In this document: positions 17,893-26,146 of the stretch, piece after piece
Layout of the letters: each line of letters opens with the position of its first letter
Numbering within the stretch: the stretch's first letter is position 1
DNA from: Verrucomicrobiia bacterium
GTDB lineage: Bacteria; Verrucomicrobiota; Verrucomicrobiia; Palsa-1439
Direction: 5' to 3'
Assembly: GCA_041495285.1 (NCBI GenBank)
Contig: JBGQCJ010000001.1
Location: forward strand, 73,182-137,181
DNA: 64,000 nt
Translations under genes and position numbers: made by a program
The notes under the pieces: generated by a model
Told to the model about the DNA's origin: nothing
The model's database searches: none
What the model saw: the letters and a program-made list of their open reading frames with translations, nothing else

Positions 17893-19395
17893 CTACGGTA
17901 GACTCGTCGCGAAGCGTTTCCCGTCGCGGCGACACAAGATCTGAATCACGTGCCGCCCGGAGTAGAGGCAGGGCGGCACGCCGCCGCCAGGCACGACCCA
18001 TTGCCCGGCCATGTAAAAATTGTCCAGCCCCGGCAGCGTCTTCCGAAAAATCGCGCGGAGCGCCTTGGGCGTGGGCGCCCAGCCCATGAACGCGCCTTCG
18101 TGGTTCAACGTGTAGCGCCACGTCGTGTGCGGTGTCGCCATGTCGGTGAGTTCGACTTGCGAGGTGATGCCCGGATAATGCGGTTCAAGTCGCGCGAGCG
18201 CCTCGGTGCACATCCGTTTTTTTTCGGCTTCGTAACGCGCCCGGTCCGGGAGCAGATCGTTCCAGTATTTCCAGTCGGTGATGAACAAGACTTGAAAGAC
18301 CGTCCGGCCCGGCGGCGAAAATTTGTCGCTGTAGTTGAAGACGCGGATGGGAAATCCGTCAATGGTCACGTTGCCGACCTTCATCGGTTCTTTGAGCAGG
18401 AGAAATCGCAAAGGCGGTTCGCCGGCAAATTCACGGCGCAAGCCGAAGCTCAAAGTGACGAGCGGACGAAGCTGTTTCCAGTTTTGATAGCGATCCTTGA
18501 TCGTCTTGCCCACATACTTTCCGCCGAGCAGATTGAAAATCGTGCTCGTGCCGTCGCCCGCCGAAACCACGACATCCGCGCGTTGTTCCGTGCCATTTTC
18601 CAGACGCACGCCGACGGCACGGTCGTTTTCGACGATGATTTCCTTCACCGTGGAATCGAACGCGATTTCGCCGCCAAGATTCTGGTAGCGTTCCATCAGG
18701 CTGTCCACAAAATCGTGGCAACTGCCCGCCAGCAATCCCAACTGCCGGTTCGCCAGCAGCGACAGCATGAGCAGGTTGAACCACATCGGCACTTCCGGCA
18801 AAAACAGGTGCGTCAGCATCCGGCGCAACGCGGCATTCTGGAAGCGTTCCGAGAATTCCTTGTTCGGCAGATTGTAAGCCCCGCCGAAATAGCGCAGCGT
18901 GTGGCGCAGATGCCACAACTGTTTCAACGGCCCGAAAATCCCCGCCAGTTCCACCGGCGTTTCCATCAGGCTAAACATGTCGGTGCGCTGGAACGACCGC
19001 ACGCCCGCGATGAAATCGTCAATCGCCCGCGCGTCTTCCGGCGCGAGCGATTTCAAATCGCGCGCCAGTTTGTCCATGTCGCCGGTGAACGCGACGTGCT
19101 GGCCGCTGATCTCATCCGTGAAATCACAATAGTTCGTGAGGTCGGGATAAGTGCGGTTGTGAAAGATTCCCAGCTCCCGGTAAATCTCATGGCACGCCAC
19201 GCCGGGACGATGTCCCATCAAATAATGGATGCCGCCGTCAATGAGGTAATCCCCGTGCTTCCACGCCTTCGCCACGCCGCCCGGCTCGCTATGGTGTTCG
19301 AAGATATGGCTCCGATAGCCGTTCATCCGCGCATAGCAGCCGGTGGACAGCCCGGCCAGTCCGGCTCCGATGATGATGATGGATTTCTCGGCCAT
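17893..19395 (-). CDS. FAD-dependent oxidoreductase, phytoene-desaturase (CrtI)/amine-oxidase family
   Basis: 'KSIIIIGAGLAGLSTG' dinucleotide-binding motif. Length and C-terminal pattern match the CrtI-like family. It is divergent from the ammonia-lyase gene. Confidence 0.7.
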   Translation of the reverse strand: MAEKSIIIIGAGLAGLSTGCYARMNGYRSHIFEHHSEPGGVAKAWKHGDYLIDGGIHYLMGHRPGVACHEIYRELGIFHNRTYPDLTNYCDFTDEISGQHVAFTGDMDKLARDLKSLAPEDARAIDDFIAGVRSFQRTDMFSLMETPVELAGIFGPLKQLWHLRHTLRYFGGAYNLPNKEFSERFQNAALRRMLTHLFLPEVPMWFNLLMLSLLANRQLGLLAGSCHDFVDSLMERYQNLGGEIAFDSTVKEIIVENDRAVGVRLENGTEQRADVVVSAGDGTSTIFNLLGGKYVGKTIKDRYQNWKQLRPLVTLSFGLRREFAGEPPLRFLLLKEPMKVGNVTIDGFPIRVFNYSDKFSPPGRTVFQVLFITDWKYWNDLLPDRARYEAEKKRMCTEALARLEPHYPGITSQVELTDMATPHTTWRYTLNHEGAFMGWAPTPKALRAIFRKTLPGLDNFYMAGQWVVPGGGVPPCLYSGRHVIQILCRRDGKRFATSLP

Positions 19396-19476
19396 GAATG
19401 AAGCGCAAGTCTTATTGCCGGGCACTTGCTTGTTCAAGTCGTTTGTTGTAGAACCGGCATTCGATTAGCAAGCTAC

Positions 19477-21045
19477 ATGATCGCCTTCAACGGACATAAT
19501 CTCACGATTGACGATGTCTGGCGGGTTGCCGGTCTGCAGTCTCCGTGTGCGCTCGCCGACAGCGCTCGCCCGCAAATCCGCAAGAGTCGCGCCTTTGTTG
19601 AAACCGTCGCCGCGCAACCGCGCGCCATTTACGGAATCAATACCGGCTTCGGCCCGTTGAGCGGGTTTCGCGTTCCCCCGGAAGAACTGGCGCAACACCA
19701 AGTCAATCTCCTCAGCCATCTCTGCGTCGGCCAGGGCGCGTTGTTTTCTCCGGCCGAAACGCGCGCGATCATGCTGGCCCGCGCCAACACGCTGGCACGC
19801 GGCTATTCCGGCATCCGGGAAGAGACGATCGAACTGCTCCTCGCGGCGCTCCGGCACGATGTGTTACCGGAGATTCCGAGTGAAGGTTCGGTCGGCGCGA
19901 GCGGCGATCTCGTGCCGTTGGCGCACATGGCCGGGTTGTTGGTCGGAAACGGCTTTGCGCGCGTGAACGGTCAACGCTTGCCCGCCATCGAGGCGTTGCG
20001 CTCTGTCGGGCTGAAGCCAATCGAATTGCAGAGCAAGGAAGGTCTGGCGCTCGTCAACGGCACATCGGTGATGACCGGGCTGGCGGCGTTGGCGGCCCAC
20101 GAAGCGTCTGCGCTGCTCGGTTGGATGGAATTGTTGACGGCGTGCTTGTTTCAAGTCTTGCAGGGCGAGCCGGAGGCGTTGTGCGAGCAGGCGCAAAAAG
20201 CGCGCGGGTTTCGCGGTCAATTTGTCTCCGCGGAACGCATCGCCAACCATTTGCGGACTCATCCGGATTTTGCCCGGCGCATTGACGAGCATCAATGGGG
20301 TTCGCTGGCCAAGCCGGTGGATCCCGGCGCCGAAATCCAAGACCCGTACTCGCTGCGGTGCGCGCCGCAGATTCTCGGGGCGTTCCAGGAAGCGCACTGG
20401 CACGTCGAGGCGGTCATCACGCGCGAACTGAATGCGAGCACCGACAATCCGTTGATCTTCGCCGAGACGGAAACGGTGATTCACTGCGGCAATTTCTACG
20501 GCCAACAAATCGCGATGGTCAGCGACTACGAACGGATGGGCTTGATCAAACTCGCGCTGTTAGCCGACCGGCAAATCGAGCGGCTGCTCAACTGGCGTTA
20601 CAGTCGCGGCCTGCCGCCGTTACTGGCCGGGGGCGAACCCGGTTTGAATTCCGGCTTTGCCGGCGCGCAACTGCTGGCCACGTCACTCGCCGCCGAAGCG
20701 CGCTTGCTCGGCACGCCGGCCTCCATCCAGACGATCCCCACCAACGCGAACAATCAGGATGTCGTCAGCATGGGTTGCATCGCGGCGAAGATGACGCGCA
20801 CGACGTTGCCATTGCTCTGGAAGCTGACGGCCATCGAAGCGCTCGCGTTGGCGCAGGCCGCCGACTTGCGTAACCGTCCGGACGTGATGGGCGGCGATTA
20901 CCGGAAACTTTACGACCTCGTACGCGACGTGTCGCCAACACTGACGACCGACCGGCCACTCGCCGAAGACATCGAACGCGTGACCGCGCTGCTTCAATCC
21001 GAGTCGGCCCAACAACAATGCTTACCGGCCCGCGATGCAGACTGA
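19477..21045 (+). CDS. Aromatic amino-acid ammonia-lyase (HAL/TAL/PAL family, MIO cofactor)
   Basis: 'GSVGASGDLVPLAHM' contains the Ala-Ser-Gly triad that forms the MIO prosthetic group. The whole length matches the HAL/TAL fold. It is adjacent to polyene genes, as for flexirubin TAL (FlxA). Confidence 0.85.
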   Translation: MIAFNGHNLTIDDVWRVAGLQSPCALADSARPQIRKSRAFVETVAAQPRAIYGINTGFGPLSGFRVPPEELAQHQVNLLSHLCVGQGALFSPAETRAIMLARANTLARGYSGIREETIELLLAALRHDVLPEIPSEGSVGASGDLVPLAHMAGLLVGNGFARVNGQRLPAIEALRSVGLKPIELQSKEGLALVNGTSVMTGLAALAAHEASALLGWMELLTACLFQVLQGEPEALCEQAQKARGFRGQFVSAERIANHLRTHPDFARRIDEHQWGSLAKPVDPGAEIQDPYSLRCAPQILGAFQEAHWHVEAVITRELNASTDNPLIFAETETVIHCGNFYGQQIAMVSDYERMGLIKLALLADRQIERLLNWRYSRGLPPLLAGGEPGLNSGFAGAQLLATSLAAEARLLGTPASIQTIPTNANNQDVVSMGCIAAKMTRTTLPLLWKLTAIEALALAQAADLRNRPDVMGGDYRKLYDLVRDVSPTLTTDRPLAEDIERVTALLQSESAQQQCLPARDAD

Positions 21046-22249
21046 CGTTGATGTTTTGATCATTGGAGCCGGCCCCGCCGGCTCAACCGCGGCGGCGCTT
21101 CTCCACCGCGAAGGCTTCCGGCTCCTCGTCGTCGAGAAGCAACACTTTCCCCGGTTTGTCATCGGTGAAAGTCTCCTACCCCACAGCATGGACTTGTTGA
21201 AGGAGGCCGGGCTGTTGGAAAATGTCGAGCAGCAACATTTCATGCACAAGGGCGGCGCGGTTTTTTTGCGCGGCCTGGAGACGTGCAACTTTGATTTCTC
21301 CAGCCAGTTCACCGCCGGCTGGACGTATACGTATCAAGTGCCTCGCGCGGACTTTGACAAGACGCTCGCCGACGCCGTGGCCGCCAATGGCGTGGAAATC
21401 TTGTACGGACAAAGCGTGACCGCCATCAACTTCGCGCCAACGCACGCCACCGTGACTGTCGAAGGGCGACCGGTGACGGCGCATTTCGTTCTCGATTGCA
21501 GTGGCTACGGGCGCGTTTTGCCGCGCTTGCTCGAATTAGAAAAGCCCTCACACTTTCCGGTGCGCGAAGCCTTGTTCACTCACGTGACCGGCGACCATCG
21601 CCTGGCGGGCCGCGAAGAAGGCAAGATTTGGATTTGCATGCATCCCGGCGGCGCATGGATTTGGATCATCCCCTTCTCGGACGGTCGCACAAGCGTCGGC
21701 GCCGTGGCCGAGCCGGAGTTTTTCAACCGGTATCCCAGCTTGCGAGACATCCTTGCATCCGACCCCAATGCCGCGCCGCGATTGGCGGAGACGAAGTTCT
21801 TGTTCGAGCCGCAACGGATTACCGGCTACGCGTGCTCGGTCAAACAACTCTACGGCCCGCAATTCGCGCTCGTCGGCAATGCGACGGAATTCCTCGATCC
21901 GATTTTTAGTTCAGGCGTCACCCTCGCGCTGGCGTCGGCGAACCGCGCGGCCCGGTTGCTGACCCGGCATCTGCGTGGCGAAACGGTGAATTGGCAGACG
22001 GAGTACGCCGACCATCTGATGCAAGGCATCAACACGTTTCGCGCCTACGTGACCGCGTGGTACGACGGCAACTTGCCGGAGATTTTCTTCGCGGCTCAAA
22101 AGAACCCGGTCATCATGAAACAAATCTGCTCGGTGCTGGCCGGTTACGTGTGGGACACATCCAATCCATACGTCTCCCAACCGGAGCGGGCGTTGCCGCT
22201 GCTGTCAAAAATCATCCGGGGCCAAGCCCGGCACGGCGCGACTCGATGA
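21035..22249 (+). CDS. Flavin-dependent halogenase (tryptophan-halogenase-like fold)
   Basis: 'VLIIGAGPAGSTAA' FAD motif plus the 'GGAWIWIIPF' WxWxIP signature of flavin-dependent halogenases. Overlaps the ammonia-lyase stop by 11 nt and the next gene start by 4 nt (ATGA). Confidence 0.75.
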   Translation: MQTDVDVLIIGAGPAGSTAAALLHREGFRLLVVEKQHFPRFVIGESLLPHSMDLLKEAGLLENVEQQHFMHKGGAVFLRGLETCNFDFSSQFTAGWTYTYQVPRADFDKTLADAVAANGVEILYGQSVTAINFAPTHATVTVEGRPVTAHFVLDCSGYGRVLPRLLELEKPSHFPVREALFTHVTGDHRLAGREEGKIWICMHPGGAWIWIIPFSDGRTSVGAVAEPEFFNRYPSLRDILASDPNAAPRLAETKFLFEPQRITGYACSVKQLYGPQFALVGNATEFLDPIFSSGVTLALASANRAARLLTRHLRGETVNWQTEYADHLMQGINTFRAYVTAWYDGNLPEIFFAAQKNPVIMKQICSVLAGYVWDTSNPYVSQPERALPLLSKIIRGQARHGATR

Positions 22250-23313
22250 AGTATTTTCGCAACGATTCGAAGACGGCTTACGAAGCGAAATCCGAGGCGC
22301 AAAGAATCGCCTTCGCTCCCATGGTGTTTCAGGCCTGCCGCTTCCTGCGCGACTCGGGAATACTGGAACTGGTCCAACAAAGCGGCGACGCAGGAATGAC
22401 CTTGCCGGAAGTGGTTGCCAAGGTCGGACTGCCGCGCTACGGAGTCAAAGTCCTCCTGGAATCGGGTCTGGGCAGCGGGTTGTTTTGCCTCAATGACGAT
22501 CGTTTTACTCTGACCAAGTTGGGCCACTTTATCCTTCGCGATCCCATGACGCGCGTGAATATGGATGTCGTGCATGACGTGTGTTATCGCGGTCTGTTCG
22601 ATCTTGATAAGGCCGTCAAAGAGGGCAAACCGGCAGGCCTAAAAACTTTGGGCGATTGGAAAACTTTTTACGAGGGGTTTTCCTCGTTACCGGCGCATGT
22701 GCGGGAAAGCTGGTTGGCCTTCGATCATTATTATTCTGACATTGCCTTTCCCGCCGCGTTGCCCTTGGTGTTTGCCGATCATCCCCAGCGGTTGCTGGAT
22801 GTCGGCGGCAATACCGGCAAATGGGCGCTTCAGTGCGCGAAGTTCGATCCCGACGTGCAGATCACGATTGCCGATTTGCCGCAACAACTGGAGTTTGCCC
22901 GGGAAGCAATCCGGAAGAATGACCTGGAGAACCGGGTCGATTTTCTTGCGGTCGATCTTCTGGATGAATCAAAACCGTTTCCCGGCGGTTATGATGCGAT
23001 CTGGATGAGCCAGTTCCTCGATTGTTTTTCGGAGAAGGAGATCGTCTCGATTCTGCAGCGCGCCGCCCGGGCCATGAAGGCCGGCAGCACGTTGTATATT
23101 CTCGAACTCTATTGGGACCGCCAGCCAAACGAAACTGCGGCCTTCTGTCTGCAACAGACTTCTCTTTATTTCGCCTGCATCGCCAATGGCAACAGCCAGA
23201 TGTACCACTCCGCCGACATGCTGCGGTGTCTGGATGAAAGTGGCCTCAAAGTGATTGAGGAACGCGACGAGGTGGGTCTGTATCACACCTTGTTCAAGTG
23301 CCGGAAAGCGTGA
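22246..23313 (+). CDS. Class I SAM-dependent O-methyltransferase (with N-terminal dimerisation domain)
   Basis: 'LLDVGGNTGKWA' motif I, with the motif II/III pattern of plant/Streptomyces-type O-MTs. The start is set at ATG 22246 (ATGA overlap with halogenase stop). The upstream 85 aa of the 440-aa track ORF is out-of-frame overlap. Confidence 0.75.
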   Translation: MKYFRNDSKTAYEAKSEAQRIAFAPMVFQACRFLRDSGILELVQQSGDAGMTLPEVVAKVGLPRYGVKVLLESGLGSGLFCLNDDRFTLTKLGHFILRDPMTRVNMDVVHDVCYRGLFDLDKAVKEGKPAGLKTLGDWKTFYEGFSSLPAHVRESWLAFDHYYSDIAFPAALPLVFADHPQRLLDVGGNTGKWALQCAKFDPDVQITIADLPQQLEFAREAIRKNDLENRVDFLAVDLLDESKPFPGGYDAIWMSQFLDCFSEKEIVSILQRAARAMKAGSTLYILELYWDRQPNETAAFCLQQTSLYFACIANGNSQMYHSADMLRCLDESGLKVIEERDEVGLYHTLFKCRKA

Positions 23314-23472
23314 GTCGCAAAGAAGCAAACTCTTTTTTTGGTCGGCTTTGCCTAAAAACTCTTGCGAAGCGATTCAGCAACTCAGAGAGGCGTTGCTGAA
23401 GTTTAATTAGATTCTATTGCCTACTCACAGCCTCAACCATAAGCTATCAAAAGACCTCAGACATCAAATGCC

Positions 23473-24435
23473 ATGGCAATAAAACGACCACTGAAAATAT
23501 CAGTGCCTGGACAAGGCTGGGCGCAGTTTCTTACTGCGAGGCAAGAAATGCTTGATGCTTATGACGCTGCCTACGAGAAGGCAAAGAAAGCTAAAGTCAA
23601 AGTGGCTCACGGAAAAGTCGCAGAAGCCAAGTTCAGAGAATGGCTCAGCAACTTTCTTCCAAGGCGCTTTGCGGTTACATCGGGCTATATAATTTCTCAG
23701 GGCCTGAGCAGCACCGAAAAGCTGCCTCACTACGACGTGATAATCTATGATCAAATGGAGTCTCCGATTCTGTGGATCGAGGGCAGTCCAGATACATCTG
23801 ATCGGGGGCGTTCGTTGGCGATTCCCGCAGAGTTTGTGAGGGGAGTGGTAGAAGTAAAATCTGCGTTTTCAAGTTCAACCGTAAAAAAAACTATTGAGCA
23901 TTTGGGTGATCTACAAGTTCTGTTCGATGGAAAAGATAAGCCCGACGATAAATACAAACTGTATCTACCTCCTCAATTCTTTTGTGCGGCGGTCTTTTTT
24001 GACTTGCGGTCGTCTGATTCCAGAAGCAAGGCGGCTCTAAGGCGCTTTGCTGAAGACGAGATGACCACCCGGAGAGAATTCATAGGCGGGCTGATTCTTC
24101 GTGGTGAAGGCCACAAATGGCCATCTACTGCCAGAATTCGCGTATTCGGCTTTGATAAGCCAGAGAAATTCTACAACAGAGACGGACATACCTTACTCAG
24201 TGAGGACGGGTCGGACACGTTCTCTGAACTTGTAAAAGGACGCGATAATCTTTCTTTCGCGGCCAAACTATCGTGGCACGAAATATATTTTCCAGAGTTT
24301 GCCTTTGAATTAGTCAAGCGCCTCCAAGGCACGTTCGATGGATCGATTCCTAGCTTCTACTGCTGGGGATCGGAACGTTGGGAAGAATTGAGAATCAAGG
24401 AGCTTAAACAATTTGATGAACAAGAAGATGAATAG
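23473..24435 (+). CDS. Hypothetical protein in low-GC island; candidate restriction endonuclease partner of the adjacent methyltransferase
   Basis: 320 aa, convergent with and 6 nt from the DNA MTase. AT-rich codon usage unlike its neighbours. Possible PD-(D/E)xK elements 'HYDVIIYD ... VVEVKSAF'. No confident family assignment. Confidence 0.35.
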   Translation: MAIKRPLKISVPGQGWAQFLTARQEMLDAYDAAYEKAKKAKVKVAHGKVAEAKFREWLSNFLPRRFAVTSGYIISQGLSSTEKLPHYDVIIYDQMESPILWIEGSPDTSDRGRSLAIPAEFVRGVVEVKSAFSSSTVKKTIEHLGDLQVLFDGKDKPDDKYKLYLPPQFFCAAVFFDLRSSDSRSKAALRRFAEDEMTTRREFIGGLILRGEGHKWPSTARIRVFGFDKPEKFYNRDGHTLLSEDGSDTFSELVKGRDNLSFAAKLSWHEIYFPEFAFELVKRLQGTFDGSIPSFYCWGSERWEELRIKELKQFDEQEDE

Positions 24436-24441
24436 CCAATC

Positions 24442-26064
24442 CTACAACATCTCCTCCTGCTTTCCCTTCTCCGCTTTCGGCGCGGCTTTCAAACCTGTGA
24501 CGGCTTGTTTTGGGAACTCAAAATTCTTTCCCGCGAACAACTGCTCTACTGTGCGGATTTGAATGCGCGGGAACTTGCCCCAACTCTCCGATTCAAACAC
24601 GCCGCCGTGCGCCGCTTCTTCCAGCATGTCCTTTGTCGGTTTGGCGTTGCAGATGTAGAAACCCATCGCCGCTTTTTCCCGCTGCACGACGCCGATTAAA
24701 TCCCGAATCTCACTCACGCCGATATTTGCGCCGCTTTTCACTTGAATGATGGCGCGCTGGACTGAATTTTTTGGGCCGTCGAGGAATGGAATGTAGCCAT
24801 CCATCCCTTGGTCGCTGCCTTTCTTATTTTCGCCGCCCATGGGAAAGCCGCCAATTTTTGAGACCGCCCAATATTGAAACTGATACTTGTCCTTGAGCTT
24901 CTTCGACTCCGCCAACGACGACGCGCTTGCCGCGTCCTTCGGCTCGCCAATCACTTCGTAATCTTTGTCCTCCTCCGCGCCGAGTCCTTTGAGGCGGAAC
25001 TTGATCAAGCCGATGGCCAGATGCGTAATATCAATGCCAATCCATTTTCGTTTCAATCCGTGCGCCACCGCCACCGCCGTGCCACATCCGCAGAATGGAT
25101 CGAGCACTACGTCACCTTCGTTGCTGCTAGCTTTGATAATGCGCTCCAATAGCGGTTCGGGCTTTTGCGTCGCGTAGCCCATGCGCTCCTCTGCCTGCGA
25201 GTTAATCGGGAGAATGTCAGTCCAAACATTGCCTGTCAGCGTGCCTTGCATCTCATCCAGATAGCGCTTTAACTGCGGACGTTTTGATTTACTGTCTGGA
25301 TACCAGATACGCCCTTCTGCTTCCAATTTCGCCATCGTCTCTTTTGAATAACGCCAACCTGCAGGAGGTGAAGCGTGTCCCTTCCATTCATACATCATGT
25401 TAGGGCGCGGGTTCGGACTGGTCATGTTATCCAATCTGTATACCCGTCCATCTGGATCGGCGTGACGATATTTGGATTTGAGATATTCGTCGGAATGCGG
25501 AGTGTAAATCGCATTCCACGCAAATCTGTCGGACTCGGTGTAAAAGAAAATTGTGTCGCTAACCTTGCTCCACGTTTTGCTGTCGCTGTGAACGTTTGTG
25601 CGCTGCCAAATAATTTCATTGCGAAAATTCTTCGCCCCAAAAATCGCATCCAAAATCATCTTCAAGTAATGCGACACGGTCGGGTCGCAATGGAGGTAGA
25701 GCGAGCCGGTTGGTTTAAGGACGCGGCGCAGTTCGATGAGGCGCGGCGTCATCATCACGAGGTAAGCGGTCACGTCGTTGTGTTTGCCGAGGACTTTCTG
25801 GAATTGCTCGATGAGGACAGCGATGTCGGAATACGCGGAAGTCTTTAGCGCGTTGAACGTCAACTCTGCATCTTCCGTCCAGTGCCACGAATCCTCGAAG
25901 GCGGTGATCTGCGAAGCGGCAAGCGCGCCCGTGCGTTCCTTGAAGATGACGTTGTAGTCGCGCTTGGAATTAAACGGCGGGTCGAGATAAACGAGGTCAA
26001 CGGATTCGTCGGCGATATGCTTTTGCAGGACTTCCAGATTGTCGCCGAAGAAGAGTTGGTTCAT
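24442..26064 (-). CDS. Beta-class N6-adenine/N4-cytosine DNA methyltransferase with C-terminal Mrr/PD-(D/E)xK-like domain
   Basis: Motif IV 'DLVYLDPPFNS' precedes motif I 'VLDPFCGCGTAVAVA' (beta-class order). A ~150-aa C-terminal extension carries 'GMDGYIPF...AIIQVKSG' (D...QVK). Confidence 0.8.
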   Translation of the reverse strand: MNQLFFGDNLEVLQKHIADESVDLVYLDPPFNSKRDYNVIFKERTGALAASQITAFEDSWHWTEDAELTFNALKTSAYSDIAVLIEQFQKVLGKHNDVTAYLVMMTPRLIELRRVLKPTGSLYLHCDPTVSHYLKMILDAIFGAKNFRNEIIWQRTNVHSDSKTWSKVSDTIFFYTESDRFAWNAIYTPHSDEYLKSKYRHADPDGRVYRLDNMTSPNPRPNMMYEWKGHASPPAGWRYSKETMAKLEAEGRIWYPDSKSKRPQLKRYLDEMQGTLTGNVWTDILPINSQAEERMGYATQKPEPLLERIIKASSNEGDVVLDPFCGCGTAVAVAHGLKRKWIGIDITHLAIGLIKFRLKGLGAEEDKDYEVIGEPKDAASASSLAESKKLKDKYQFQYWAVSKIGGFPMGGENKKGSDQGMDGYIPFLDGPKNSVQRAIIQVKSGANIGVSEIRDLIGVVQREKAAMGFYICNAKPTKDMLEEAAHGGVFESESWGKFPRIQIRTVEQLFAGKNFEFPKQAVTGLKAAPKAEKGKQEEML

Positions 26065-26146
26065 CGCGACAAGGTGTAGCGAAATGCCTCAAAAAACACA
26101 AGTGCAAGGGAACGGCAAGCGGAGGCACTTATTTGGCAAAGCTGGG

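Noticed and set aside
21991-23313. 440-aa ORF for the O-methyltransferase
   Set aside because: The N-terminal 85 aa overlap the halogenase in another frame and are Arg-rich junk. The MTase starts at ATG 22246 with ATGA coupling.
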